A program made the position numbers and the translations under genes. This document shows positions 20,258 to 29,561 of a stretch of 64,000 nt of DNA, one piece after another. The DNA is taken from the NCBI GenBank assembly GCA_031291875.1, contig JARLIE010000183.1, positions 1,356-65,355 of the forward strand, in the 5' to 3' direction. This DNA is from Minisyncoccota bacterium. Lineage in GTDB: Bacteria > Patescibacteriota > Minisyncoccia > Phycocordibacterales > UBA2100. Each line of letters begins with the position of its first letter. The first letter of the stretch is position 1. Below the pieces are notes generated by a model. That model ran no database searches. It saw only the letters and a list, made by a program, of their open reading frames with translations, and was not told the DNA's origin.

Positions 20258-21832
20258 TTATTGATTACCGAACGTTTGTACTTCGTCTGTAGGTGAAAGG
20301 CCGGAGGTCACCTGCGTAAAGCCGCTCGCACTTTGGGCGCCGATTTGCACCGGAACTTTTTGCGTAGCGCCAGTCGCCGATTTTACGATCACGTAATACT
20401 GGCCGTTATCGAGGATGATCGCGCTTGTCGGGATACTCATCACGTTTGAGAGCGATTGCGTAACAATCTTTACACTACCTGTTTCTCCGGAGGAAATACG
20501 CGGATCGTTGTTGTCGAACTGAAGCGTCACTTTGTAGGCGGCTACGCCGCTCGTGATCGTCGCAGCAGGATCAATCTGAATGACATGCGCTGGGAACGGC
20601 GGCTGATTCTCGTAGGCATCGAGCTCAACCTGCGCGACGTCGCCAACCTTAATTTCGGCAAGCTGCGCTTGCGAAACATACGTTTCAAACTGGAAACCTG
20701 TGTCGGAGATCATGGTCACTTGGGTTTGTCCTGCCGGTGCCACTTGTCCGGGCTCCATATTGTTGACGGTAATGGTGCCGCCGATGGGAGCGGAAATAAC
20801 GGTTTGTGCGAGCAGGGCTTGCGCGGAATCAACTTGCGCCTGTGCCGCGGCAACCTGCCCTTGCTGCGCTTGAATCTGTGCGGTTGTGGCTGGCGAGGTC
20901 GTCACAGAGAGGCCCGCTTGCGCCGAGGCAAGCGACGACTGCGCCGTACTGAGGGCGCCTTCGGCGGAAGCAATTGCCGTAAGATCCGAAGTGACGTTCG
21001 TGCGCCCCGTTGCGACGGATGCGGCATACCCCTCGATCGTTGCCGTTGTGTAATTACTGCTCGGAACGGCTTCCGCGAGACCATTTGCGGCGAGGTTCAA
21101 GAATGAAAGAACGGCGTCGAGATTAGATTGCGTCGTCGAAGCGAGCGCGGTCGTGTCGACCTGGTCTGGATCGCTCGACAATCCGCTGAGGTACAGCTGC
21201 CAACTGTTCAACAGATGCTCCATTTGGATGCGTTGCACAACGATGTTGGTCTGGTCCTGCGAATTTGTCAGATTGAGCATCAGCGTCGGGTTTGCAGAGT
21301 GCGGGTTGCTGATGAATTGGTCGACACGGTTGACGACAGCGTCGTCAGCCTTTGCGTAGGCGTCCTGCGCAATCGCGATAACGGACTTCTTCGCCTGCGA
21401 AACGCCCTGCTGGGCGTTTGAAACACTGGTTTGAGAGACAGTTACTTGCTGCGGCGTAGCGCCGTTTTGGAGATTTGCGAGATTGGCCTCTTGGGTCTGG
21501 AGGGCCGCTTCGGCCTGCTCAACCGCAGCTCGTTGCGTGCCGCTTACCAGCGATCCAAGGGTCGTACCGGCACCAACACGGGTGCCAACCTTCGGGCCTG
21601 CGTAGGAAATCGTACCGCCGGTCTGGAAACCGAGATCGATCTCGTCGGCAGCTTTTACGCTACCGGTTGTATCAACTTCCTGGACCAACGGTCCGGTCGT
21701 CGGCGTTACGAATGCGGCCGAGGGCTTCGATTCCGTCATAACATAGGCTGCTGCCACCGAGGCGACGGCTATAACGACGGTGGTGCCGATAACGATCGGC
21801 GGCGTGAGAAAACGCTTTAGGCGGGTGGGCAT
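20258..21832 (-). CDS. Membrane fusion/adaptor protein with long coiled coil
   Basis: LGFQTGGTI, ISAPIGGTI, IDPAAT..GVAAYKV, GLSPTDEV. Confidence 0.85.
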   Translation of the reverse strand: MPTRLKRFLTPPIVIGTTVVIAVASVAAAYVMTESKPSAAFVTPTTGPLVQEVDTTGSVKAADEIDLGFQTGGTISYAGPKVGTRVGAGTTLGSLVSGTQRAAVEQAEAALQTQEANLANLQNGATPQQVTVSQTSVSNAQQGVSQAKKSVIAIAQDAYAKADDAVVNRVDQFISNPHSANPTLMLNLTNSQDQTNIVVQRIQMEHLLNSWQLYLSGLSSDPDQVDTTALASTTQSNLDAVLSFLNLAANGLAEAVPSSNYTTATIEGYAASVATGRTNVTSDLTAIASAEGALSTAQSSLASAQAGLSVTTSPATTAQIQAQQGQVAAAQAQVDSAQALLAQTVISAPIGGTITVNNMEPGQVAPAGQTQVTMISDTGFQFETYVSQAQLAEIKVGDVAQVELDAYENQPPFPAHVIQIDPAATITSGVAAYKVTLQFDNNDPRISSGETGSVKIVTQSLSNVMSIPTSAIILDNGQYYVIVKSATGATQKVPVQIGAQSASGFTQVTSGLSPTDEVQTFGNQ

Positions 21833-21834
21833 AG

Positions 21835-21888
21835 ATAGTTAGATGTTCTAAGTATTTATACTTTACAGCGTCATTTATGAATTTGCAA
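21835..21888 (-). promoter_or_regulatory. sigma70-type promoter with palindromic (MarR-like) operator for the efflux operon
   Basis: TTGCAA-N17-TAAAGT on minus strand; ATAgTTAGA-tgt-TCTAAgTAT palindrome (21835-21855) between -10 and ATG. Confidence 0.65.
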
Positions 21889-22068
21889 GGAATAGTGTGG
21901 ACAAATCCTTGCTGCCCTTCCCAACCCACGATGGCTGTCGTCTTTGTATATAAAGTCTAATCCCTCTTTCTATAAGAATTTCAGCAACCTTTGAAAAATC
22001 CTTTAGCGCTCTATGACCTCCCCTTTTTTACACTACTAGAGGAAATGTTCATTATACGGGAGAGGTAG

Positions 22069-22818
22069 ATGTACTCGAGGTTAACACGCGAAGATTGGGA
22101 CGAGTATGCAACGCACTACGACGCCTTGAACCGATTGCGTCCCTATGTCGGCATGCTCGATGATGTGCATGCCGCGCTCACCGATGCTACCGCTGCCCTA
22201 CTCGACGTTGGCTGCGGCACAGGAAACCTCATCGCACGAATATCGAGCACCGGTGCGGGTATCACCGGTATCGACTATTCCCCAGCAATGATTGGTAGAG
22301 CAAGAGAAAAATGCCCCGAAGCGAACTTTCTGATCGGTGATAGTGTCGCGGCCCTTCCGTTCGCGGACGAGTCGTTCACCTCGCTCGTCTGTTGTAACGT
22401 GCTGTACGCCCTGAGTGACCCCGCAAAAGCGCTTACAGAGTTCTTTCGCGTGCTGAAACCGAATGGATCGCTAGTACTGGTGACGCCAAAGCGAGGATTC
22501 GAGAACGGCCTTATTCTAAAGGCGCATTCTGGGAGTCAGAAACCAGGGTCCTACTGGAAAAATATTCACGCGAGCGAGGAGCGCGAACGAATGCTCATTA
22601 CAGAAGCTGTCGATGATACCGAATTAGCCTCGAGACTCTTACAGCTTGCACGAATCAACCGAACGATAGCGAGAGAGCCATCCTTCCACTTCTTTACGAG
22701 GAATGAGCTGCTACCGCTCGTATCGGAAACTGGGTTCAAGCGCATTCACATGAGATCTACCTATGCTCGACAAAATCATTTACTGATCGCAACTCGCGCA
22801 ACGAGAGCAAAGCCATGA
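22069..22818 (+). CDS. Class I SAM-dependent methyltransferase
   Basis: LLDVGCGTG, GIDYSPAM, LPFADESF, RVLKPNG; GGAGAGG RBS. Confidence 0.93.
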   Translation: MYSRLTREDWDEYATHYDALNRLRPYVGMLDDVHAALTDATAALLDVGCGTGNLIARISSTGAGITGIDYSPAMIGRAREKCPEANFLIGDSVAALPFADESFTSLVCCNVLYALSDPAKALTEFFRVLKPNGSLVLVTPKRGFENGLILKAHSGSQKPGSYWKNIHASEERERMLITEAVDDTELASRLLQLARINRTIAREPSFHFFTRNELLPLVSETGFKRIHMRSTYARQNHLLIATRATRAKP

Positions 22819-23420
22819 TCATCGAACTAACGACACCCGGTACCGCGCTGTATGGGAAAGTTGCCGACTTCGCGTGCCAGCGCTATGTCGAACGCATCTT
22901 CGCACTCACGCCTGCACGGCCAGATGCGTTTGCGTACGCAGCTTCGCTCCATTCTGGAGTAATCTTCGGCTGCTTAGGCTTACATAAAGCCAAGGAGAAG
23001 GAATCGCTCCTGATTGAAAAATACGTCCCGAATGTATTTGAACGAATAGCGGGCGAAATCCCCGAACGCAAAGCCTGCGCAGAGCTGGGGACTCGCGCTG
23101 TGCTTCCCTATCGGGATATTTCTACGACTGAGCTATCTCTAGGACTTTCAGCGGTATTGCTACTTCATGCACATCGACAAGGGCTCCGATACTTCGGCTT
23201 CACCTCCATCAGGACGGTGCGACACCTCGCAGGCCAGCTTCGGCTTGATCTCATTACTTTCGGTAAGCCAGAGCTTTCGGGCTTTGATGGCGAATTTCGA
23301 GAAAATTGGCGCGAATTCTTTCGCATTCGCCAATGTTGCTTTGGGTTCCAACTCCATACTATCGACGGCTGCGCTCAAATACTCGAGTGCCTTGAACGAA
23401 AGGGTGTCTGTTCAAAATAA
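22815..23420 (+). CDS. Thermostable-haemolysin family (GNAT/acyltransferase-fold) protein
   Basis: Motif order F..QRY / GCLGL / LLIEKY / ELGT.A / YFGFT / W.EFF resembles the T_hemolysin (PF12261) consensus as recalled; ATGA overlap with the methyltransferase. Confidence 0.65.
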   Translation: MIIELTTPGTALYGKVADFACQRYVERIFALTPARPDAFAYAASLHSGVIFGCLGLHKAKEKESLLIEKYVPNVFERIAGEIPERKACAELGTRAVLPYRDISTTELSLGLSAVLLLHAHRQGLRYFGFTSIRTVRHLAGQLRLDLITFGKPELSGFDGEFRENWREFFRIRQCCFGFQLHTIDGCAQILECLERKGVCSK

Positions 23421-23444
23421 AACGTCGCGTGCTAGTATCTCGCC

Positions 23445-23477
23445 AGATCGCCGCATACCGCGGCGGTCTTTCTTTCT
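23445..23477 (+). terminator. Hairpin plus T-tract between acyltransferase and kinase
   Basis: AGATCGCCGC-atacc-GCGGCGGTCT-TTCTTTCT. Confidence 0.5.
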
Positions 23478-23494
23478 AGGCTTCTTGGGGTCAT

Positions 23495-25480
23495 ATGCTC
23501 GCGACCGAGGTCATTTTATGCACGACCATGATCGGCAATGCCGTGCTTTTGGGTATTGTCCTAAAGGAGCGGACGTCACCGGTGCGAATTACCTTTGCCT
23601 TGTACGTAGCAAGTATCCTCGCTTGGACGTTCGCGATATATCTCAATTTATTTTTACAAAGCACGTTCGTTGAAGAGTGGATTTTCGCGACTGCCGCTAG
23701 TGTTCTTACATTCCAGCTTTGGTTCACGGTTCTCTTTCCGCGAGGTGTCGTGCCACGCAAACTCGGTGCGTATTGGCCAATTGCGATCGGATGCGGATTC
23801 GCTCTCCTGAGTTTTTACCCTGGCGCTTTGTTCACCTCAATAACAGTGCACTCCGAGGGGTATACGACGCTCGATACTGGGGCCCTTTCTGTCGCCTACT
23901 CCCTTTTCGCGTTGTTCTACGTATGTGCGCCGATTGCTCTTTGCTTTCGTAGATATCGTGCTGAGCGCTCCGAACGATTCAAGACGCAGCTGAACTATCT
24001 AACCGTGGCCTTTGCGATATTTGGTTTTGTCGCAGTACTCACTAACTCAGTCCTTCCGGTATTTTTTGGTATTTACGAATTCAACGCGCTCGGTCCTTCC
24101 CTTTCACTTATCTTTGCGAGTACCGTCTTTTACTTGGTAGGAAGACACGACTTTCTCGATATACGACGCGCGGTCGTGCGGGGCGTCGTGTATTCGTTCT
24201 TGATCGCAGCACTTATCGTTATGTATGAAATATCTCTTCTTTCTATAGAGCACAACTTGCGCCTCACGCACCTGTTCTTTCCATGGGCTGACGACGTACT
24301 CGAACCACTCTCCGCCGCGATCGTAACTCTCGTCGGCGTACTAACCATACCGTTCCTTGAGCGCTGGTTTGGCCGATTCACTGACCACCTATTTTTCAAA
24401 GCGCGCTATGACTATGCGCAGGCGGTCGAATCCTTGAGCAAGGCGATACAGGACAGTACCGATTTCGATCACCTCCTCGAATCAATCCGCGAGAAACTTA
24501 CTTCCATTTTGCGGGCAGAATTCGTAGAGGTACTTTTGTACAACAACGGGTCCGTACCGGTGTTGCCGACGTTCGAAGGCGATCTTTCGGACCGTCGTTT
24601 GTTACTGGAACCAATTCGAGTAAACGGATCAGAAATCGGCGCCATACTCGTTGGAGAAAAGCGCTCCGGTGATCTCTACACCTCGGAAGACGCACAGCTG
24701 CTGCGGACACTCTCCCTGCATGCCTCAACGGCGCTCGCGCGCGTTCAGTTGTTCATGCAAGTTCGCAGTCATGCGACTGAGCTCGAACACAAAGTACGAG
24801 AGCGCACAGAAGAATTGCGCGAAGCGCACGAGCGAGAACGACAGATGATGCTCGATATCGCGCACGGACTTCAAACCCCGCTTGCGGTGCTGCAGACACA
24901 ACTCGAAAAACTACACAGCGCTGAAAATGAGATGCCACTCGAATCACTCGAACAATCACTGGGCGAACTCTCCTCGACCATGCAGGACCTTACCAAGCTC
25001 GCACACCTTGAACACCAGCATTCGATGCAGTTCGAATTACTGGATCTATCGAAGTTCGCACACGAGCTTTGTGATGAGCTGGAGATACTGGCGACACCGC
25101 GCACTATTTTGATCGTTCGCACTATTGCGCCCAATATCTTTATCCACGCTGACGCGCGCGAGCTACGTACGGCGATTATGAATATTGCGCACAATTCCGT
25201 TAAATACATGCGAGAAAACGGACGACGAGAGATTCGGATACGCCTCTCGCAACGCTCAACAGGTACACGGCTTTCAATTTCAGATACGGGGATAGGAATT
25301 TCAGCAACGGATCTTCCCCATGTTTTTGATCGTTTTTATCGCGCATATGCTACCCAAACCGTCGGCAGCGGCCTCGGATTGGCAATCGCGAAAGTGATCG
25401 TTGAAAAACATGGCGGCGCCATCGGAATCCAAAGTACCGAAGCCGGAACAACCGTCACGATCGAATTTTCTCGCTCATAA
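23495..25480 (+). CDS. Membrane sensor histidine kinase (7TM-type input, GAF-like domain, HisKA, HATPase)
   Basis: About 9 hydrophobic segments; GAF-like IGAILVGEKRSGDLYTSEDAQLL; H-box IAHGLQTPL; N-box NIAHNSVKY; DTGIGI, FDRFYR, GSGLGL. Confidence 0.93.
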   Translation: MLATEVILCTTMIGNAVLLGIVLKERTSPVRITFALYVASILAWTFAIYLNLFLQSTFVEEWIFATAASVLTFQLWFTVLFPRGVVPRKLGAYWPIAIGCGFALLSFYPGALFTSITVHSEGYTTLDTGALSVAYSLFALFYVCAPIALCFRRYRAERSERFKTQLNYLTVAFAIFGFVAVLTNSVLPVFFGIYEFNALGPSLSLIFASTVFYLVGRHDFLDIRRAVVRGVVYSFLIAALIVMYEISLLSIEHNLRLTHLFFPWADDVLEPLSAAIVTLVGVLTIPFLERWFGRFTDHLFFKARYDYAQAVESLSKAIQDSTDFDHLLESIREKLTSILRAEFVEVLLYNNGSVPVLPTFEGDLSDRRLLLEPIRVNGSEIGAILVGEKRSGDLYTSEDAQLLRTLSLHASTALARVQLFMQVRSHATELEHKVRERTEELREAHERERQMMLDIAHGLQTPLAVLQTQLEKLHSAENEMPLESLEQSLGELSSTMQDLTKLAHLEHQHSMQFELLDLSKFAHELCDELEILATPRTILIVRTIAPNIFIHADARELRTAIMNIAHNSVKYMRENGRREIRIRLSQRSTGTRLSISDTGIGISATDLPHVFDRFYRAYATQTVGSGLGLAIAKVIVEKHGGAIGIQSTEAGTTVTIEFSRS

Positions 25481-25561
25481 GCTGCGGTAGCTCGTGCAAG
25501 GCGTCATAAAAAACGTCGCTTTGAAACTGCGCCCGGTGCTTCATTTCCTATTCACGTGCAG

Positions 25562-25630
25562 TGTGGATAAATGCCTTGCAGTGGTATATAGTGGTATATA
25601 CTCTCATTTAGTGGGAGAAAGTGGGAAACA
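25562..25630 (+). promoter_or_regulatory. DnaA box and MraZ-binding GTGG repeats upstream of mraZ
   Basis: TGTGGATAA at 25562; GTGG boxes in 10-bp phase at 25581, 25591, 25611 and 25621. Confidence 0.75.
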
Positions 25631-25639
25631 AGATTCTGT

Positions 25640-26077
25640 ATGCAATTCCTTGGCGAATACGAACACACACTCGACGAGAAGAAGCGCGCCTCGCTTCCGA
25701 AGGCCTTTCGAACGGCCCTTGGTAAAAAAATGGTTATGACGCGCGGTCTCGACAATTGTCTCTTCGTCTATCCCCGCAACAGCTGGGAGAAGGTGGCGGC
25801 AAAGCTCGAGCAGCTTTCATTCGCACAGGCGGACACCCGCGGTTTCAACCGATTCATACTCTCCGGCGCAGCCGAAGTGGAGGTCGACGGAGCCGGGCGC
25901 ATTCTCATTCCCGAACACCAACGCGAATTTGCCGGTCTTAAGAAGACGATCGTCTTCGCGGGAGTGTCGGATCGGGTCGAGATCTGGGATGCGGCTGTCT
26001 GGAAAGAGTACAAGAAGCGCATCGAGAAGCAGGCGGACGCGATGGCCGAGAAACTCGGCGAGATCGGAGCCTTGTAG
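25640..26077 (+). CDS. mraZ: Division/cell wall cluster transcriptional repressor
   Basis: FLGEYEHTLDEKKR, TRGLDNCLFVYP, DGAGRILIP, DRVEIWD. Confidence 0.97.
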   Translation: MQFLGEYEHTLDEKKRASLPKAFRTALGKKMVMTRGLDNCLFVYPRNSWEKVAAKLEQLSFAQADTRGFNRFILSGAAEVEVDGAGRILIPEHQREFAGLKKTIVFAGVSDRVEIWDAAVWKEYKKRIEKQADAMAEKLGEIGAL

Positions 26078-26102
26078 CTTCTACCCACCTACCCTTTCGC
26101 AG

Positions 26103-26172
26103 CATCGGATTGCTGGAGGACTTTTCAAACGTCATGCGCACGCGACGCTCACAGTCTTCCGGCAATCCGATG
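26103..26172 (+). repeat. 70-nt hairpin (20-bp stem, two G:U) covering the rsmH initiation region
   Basis: CATCGGATTGCTGGAGGACT pairs with AGTCTTCCGGCAATCCGATG. Confidence 0.8.
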
Positions 26173-27087
26173 TCACGAACCAGTTCCGCTCGTGCGGCTG
26201 ACAAAGGGCATCAAAGTGTTCTTTTACACGAGAGTATTGAAGCGCTCGAGATCGCGAAAGACGACATTGTCGTCGACGCGACACTCGGTGGTGCCGGACA
26301 CTCAAAAGCGATTGTCGACCTTCTCGGTTCTAAGGGCATGCTCATCGGCCTCGACGCCGACAGCGATGCGATCGAGCGCGCCAAAGTGCGCCTTTCGGGA
26401 TCAAAAGCTCGTCTGGAATTCATCAACGGAAACTTCAAAGATCTACAACAGATTCTTGAAAGCATCGGGGTCGAACAGATCACGAAAGCACTCTTCGACT
26501 TAGGGTGGAGCTCGTTCCAACTCGACGCCGGAAGAGGTTTCTCGTTCCAAACCGACGAACCACTTTTGATGACCTACGCAAAGGAGCCAAACGGACTCAC
26601 CGCTTCGACCATCGTCAACACCTGGGCTGAATCGTCGCTTGCCGACGTTATCTACGGATGGGGCGATGAGCGATACTCCCGACGCATTGCCAAAGGCATT
26701 GTCGCGGCGAGAGCAAAAAAAAACATCGAGACCGCGCGCGAGCTCGCCGAGGTAATCAAAGCCTCAGTGCCAGCACCCTACCGATTTGGGCGCCTGCATC
26801 CGGCGACGAAAACCTTCCAAGCGCTCCGCATTGCCGTCAACGACGAACTCGGCGCTCTGAAATCCGGAATCACCGCCGCGTGGCGCAAGCTCGTCCCCGG
26901 AGGACGCATCGCGGTCATCACCTTCCACTCGATTGAAGATCGCGAAGTGAAGGAGCTCTTTGCAGAATTTGTTCAACAAGGCGGGATAAAAATCCCGAAG
27001 AAACCAATCAAACCAAGCCTTGAGGAACTCCAAGAGAATCCCCGAGCAAGAAGCGCAAAGCTCCGTGTAATCCAAAAAAACCTATGA
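26170..27087 (+). CDS. rsmH: 16S rRNA m4C1402 methyltransferase
   Basis: HQSVLLHE, DATLGGAGHS, DLGWSSFQLD, HPATKTFQALRIAVN, NPRARSAKLR; start uncertain (26134 or 26170). Confidence 0.96.
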   Translation: MSRTSSARAADKGHQSVLLHESIEALEIAKDDIVVDATLGGAGHSKAIVDLLGSKGMLIGLDADSDAIERAKVRLSGSKARLEFINGNFKDLQQILESIGVEQITKALFDLGWSSFQLDAGRGFSFQTDEPLLMTYAKEPNGLTASTIVNTWAESSLADVIYGWGDERYSRRIAKGIVAARAKKNIETARELAEVIKASVPAPYRFGRLHPATKTFQALRIAVNDELGALKSGITAAWRKLVPGGRIAVITFHSIEDREVKELFAEFVQQGGIKIPKKPIKPSLEELQENPRARSAKLRVIQKNL

Positions 27088-27488
27088 CAAAAAAATTTCA
27101 TATCAGCAAATTGAAGCCCTCGATCTTCCAGGGAAGACTTGATTTTGACGCGGTTTCCAAACGCCAAAGCCAGGTACTCGCCGTCGAGTATCCTGCAGAG
27201 CGCCTCGCCTTCACTGTATTTGCCTCGGTGCTCCTCATTCTCTTCTTTGCCTATTTCTATTTCGTAATCGGGAGTGTCTTTAATGTTATCTCCGAAAAGC
27301 AGGCCGACGCGCAAGCAGCAAAGCTTCAAGGCTCGATCGCTTCGCTTGAGCAGAAATATTTTGCACTTTCGCAAAACCTCACGCCGCAAACCGCGAGCGA
27401 TATGGGCCTCACGCCCGTGCAAAACACACAATACGTTTACCGACCGGGCAACGCGGCAGAAGTGGCGACCGCCGTTCGCGCGATATAA
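27084..27488 (+). CDS. FtsL-like cell division protein
   Basis: Lies between rsmH and ftsI; single TM plus coiled coil. Confidence 0.65.
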   Translation: MTKKFHISKLKPSIFQGRLDFDAVSKRQSQVLAVEYPAERLAFTVFASVLLILFFAYFYFVIGSVFNVISEKQADAQAAKLQGSIASLEQKYFALSQNLTPQTASDMGLTPVQNTQYVYRPGNAAEVATAVRAI

Positions 27489-27515
27489 CGCGATTCGCTG
27501 GGCTATAATCGGCTG

Positions 27516-29243
27516 ATGAAGTCGAACGTACGTCTGCGAACGAGAATCCTTTCCGGCGTTTTTATTTTTGTTGCATTCCTGTTGGTGGTGCGCCTGTACT
27601 TCGTGCAAATCGTGCATGGATCCGCGTACCAGGCGGAGGGTATGGGTCAGTACGTGCAGCCAGATCCTTCGACGGGTGGCAATCGCGGCGATATTTACTT
27701 CACGACGAAAGACGGGCAGCTTGTCGCGGCCGCTGTTTCGGAAACCGGCTATTCGATCGCTATAAATACCCAAAAGATGACCGATCCGAACGCCGCGTAT
27801 CAGGCGCTGGATGCCGTTACGCACATCGACAAAACAGCCTTTATGACAGCCGTAAATTCCGGCAGCGGCTTCGTAAAGGTCGCCACTCATATTCAAGACG
27901 GCAAAGAAGCGAAGGTGATCTCCCTCAACATCCCCGGCGTGATCGTCTCTGATGACAGCTGGCGCGCTTATCCCGCAGGCACGCTCGCCGCGCAGGTGCT
28001 CGGCTTTGTCGGCTACGACGGCACCTCAACCGTCAAAATCGGCGAATACGGACTTGAAAAGGAGTACAACGATACACTATCGGAATCCTCGACCGGCTTG
28101 TACGTAAACCCGTTTGCGGAGATTTTCACCAATATGCAAGATCTCCTTACCCTCGACCCTGCTTCCCAGCACGGTTCGATCGTCACCTCGATAGAACCGA
28201 CCGTCGAGCAAGAACTCAACGACACCCTGCAGCAAGTAATGACCTCCTACACGCCCCAATTTGATGGCGGCATCGTCATGGATGCGCACACAGGCGAAAT
28301 TATCGCGATGGCGCAGCTTCCCACGTTCGATCCCAACAACTACCAAGCCGCGACCGATCCGAGCGTCTTCACCAACAAACTAGTTTCCGATCGCTACGAA
28401 ATGGGTTCGATTATGAAGCCGCTCACGATGGCGGCTGGTATCGACAGCGGCGCGGTCACTGCCTCGACAACCTACGACGACACAGGCTGCATCACCGTGA
28501 GTAAAGCGAAGGTATGTAACTTCGACTTCAAGGCGCGCGGCGTGGTTCCGATGGGCACAATCCTCGACTACTCGCTCAACGTCGGAGCTTCATGGGTCGC
28601 GACCAAAACCGGCTACCCGACCTTCACGCGGTACATGAAATCGTATGGTCTTGGACAACCGACGGGCATTGATCTACCCAACGAACAAAGCGGCGATCTC
28701 ACCAATCTCGACGATGGCTCAGGACCGGCCGTCAACTTCGATACCGCGTCTTTCGGCCAGGGTATAACGGTCACCCCAATCGAAATGATTCGCGCACTCG
28801 ATCTGCTCGCCAATAACGGGCAGCTTGTGCAGCCGCACCTGGTCACCGCAATCCAATATGAAAGCGGTGTTACCCGCCCGGTAACGGTCGCTGCAGGGCC
28901 GCAGATTCTCAAAACTTCGAGCGCGCAAACCGTGACGCAAATGCTTGAGACGGTCTATGACAACTACGAGCTCAATGGTGCTCTGAAAATGCAACACTAC
29001 ACGGCCGCAGCCAAAACAGGTACTGCGCAAATTCCAAATCCGGCGACGGGCCAGTACTTCACCGGGAGCATTTACCTACACTCCTACTTCGGCTACTTCC
29101 CCGCCACCAATCCTCGCTTCATCGTGTTTCTCTACGCCTACAAGCCGATAGGCCAGGAATATTCCGCGTATACCTGGAGCCAGCCCTACTTCAAACTCGA
29201 ACAGTTCCTGATCAATTACTACAGCATTCCTCCTGATCGTTGA
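27516..29243 (+). CDS. ftsI: Class B penicillin-binding protein (FtsI-like)
   Basis: RGDIY, SIMK (SxxK), SLN (SxN), KTGTAQ; dcw position. Confidence 0.9.
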   Translation: MKSNVRLRTRILSGVFIFVAFLLVVRLYFVQIVHGSAYQAEGMGQYVQPDPSTGGNRGDIYFTTKDGQLVAAAVSETGYSIAINTQKMTDPNAAYQALDAVTHIDKTAFMTAVNSGSGFVKVATHIQDGKEAKVISLNIPGVIVSDDSWRAYPAGTLAAQVLGFVGYDGTSTVKIGEYGLEKEYNDTLSESSTGLYVNPFAEIFTNMQDLLTLDPASQHGSIVTSIEPTVEQELNDTLQQVMTSYTPQFDGGIVMDAHTGEIIAMAQLPTFDPNNYQAATDPSVFTNKLVSDRYEMGSIMKPLTMAAGIDSGAVTASTTYDDTGCITVSKAKVCNFDFKARGVVPMGTILDYSLNVGASWVATKTGYPTFTRYMKSYGLGQPTGIDLPNEQSGDLTNLDDGSGPAVNFDTASFGQGITVTPIEMIRALDLLANNGQLVQPHLVTAIQYESGVTRPVTVAAGPQILKTSSAQTVTQMLETVYDNYELNGALKMQHYTAAAKTGTAQIPNPATGQYFTGSIYLHSYFGYFPATNPRFIVFLYAYKPIGQEYSAYTWSQPYFKLEQFLINYYSIPPDR

Positions 29244-29296
29244 TTGCGACATCGGAGCGCATCAGCTACAGTTGTGATGGCAAAGGAGTATTCAAC

Positions 29297-29500
29297 ATGC
29301 TGACTCCAAGAGCTGCAAAGTATTTCCGAATCATCGAGGAATGTGGCATTTGTTCCGGCTCTATCGTTTTTTGCGGATCGAATAAACCGATCCGAATGAC
29401 TGTCGAAAGTATCACCGAAGAAGGACTTCTCAGAATTTCCGGACAAACGAACACGGTATCGCCGGCTCAAGTTAGGATGGTGGAACAGCCGAAACCATGA
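29297..29500 (+). CDS. Hypothetical small protein (67 aa)
   Basis: AAGGAG 8 nt before ATG 29297; followed by hairpin AAGCGGGC-N4-GCCCGCTT. Confidence 0.55.
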   Translation: MLTPRAAKYFRIIEECGICSGSIVFCGSNKPIRMTVESITEEGLLRISGQTNTVSPAQVRMVEQPKP

Positions 29501-29561
29501 AGCGGGCCCTAAGCCCGCTTTCATTTTTGACAATTTTGAAATAGAATCTTCCCGTTAGGCT

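Noticed and set aside
22815-23420. Reading the T-haemolysin-like gene as a pore-forming toxin
   Set aside because: No signal peptide or pore-forming features; the family name is historical, and the fold and context fit a biosynthetic transferase better.
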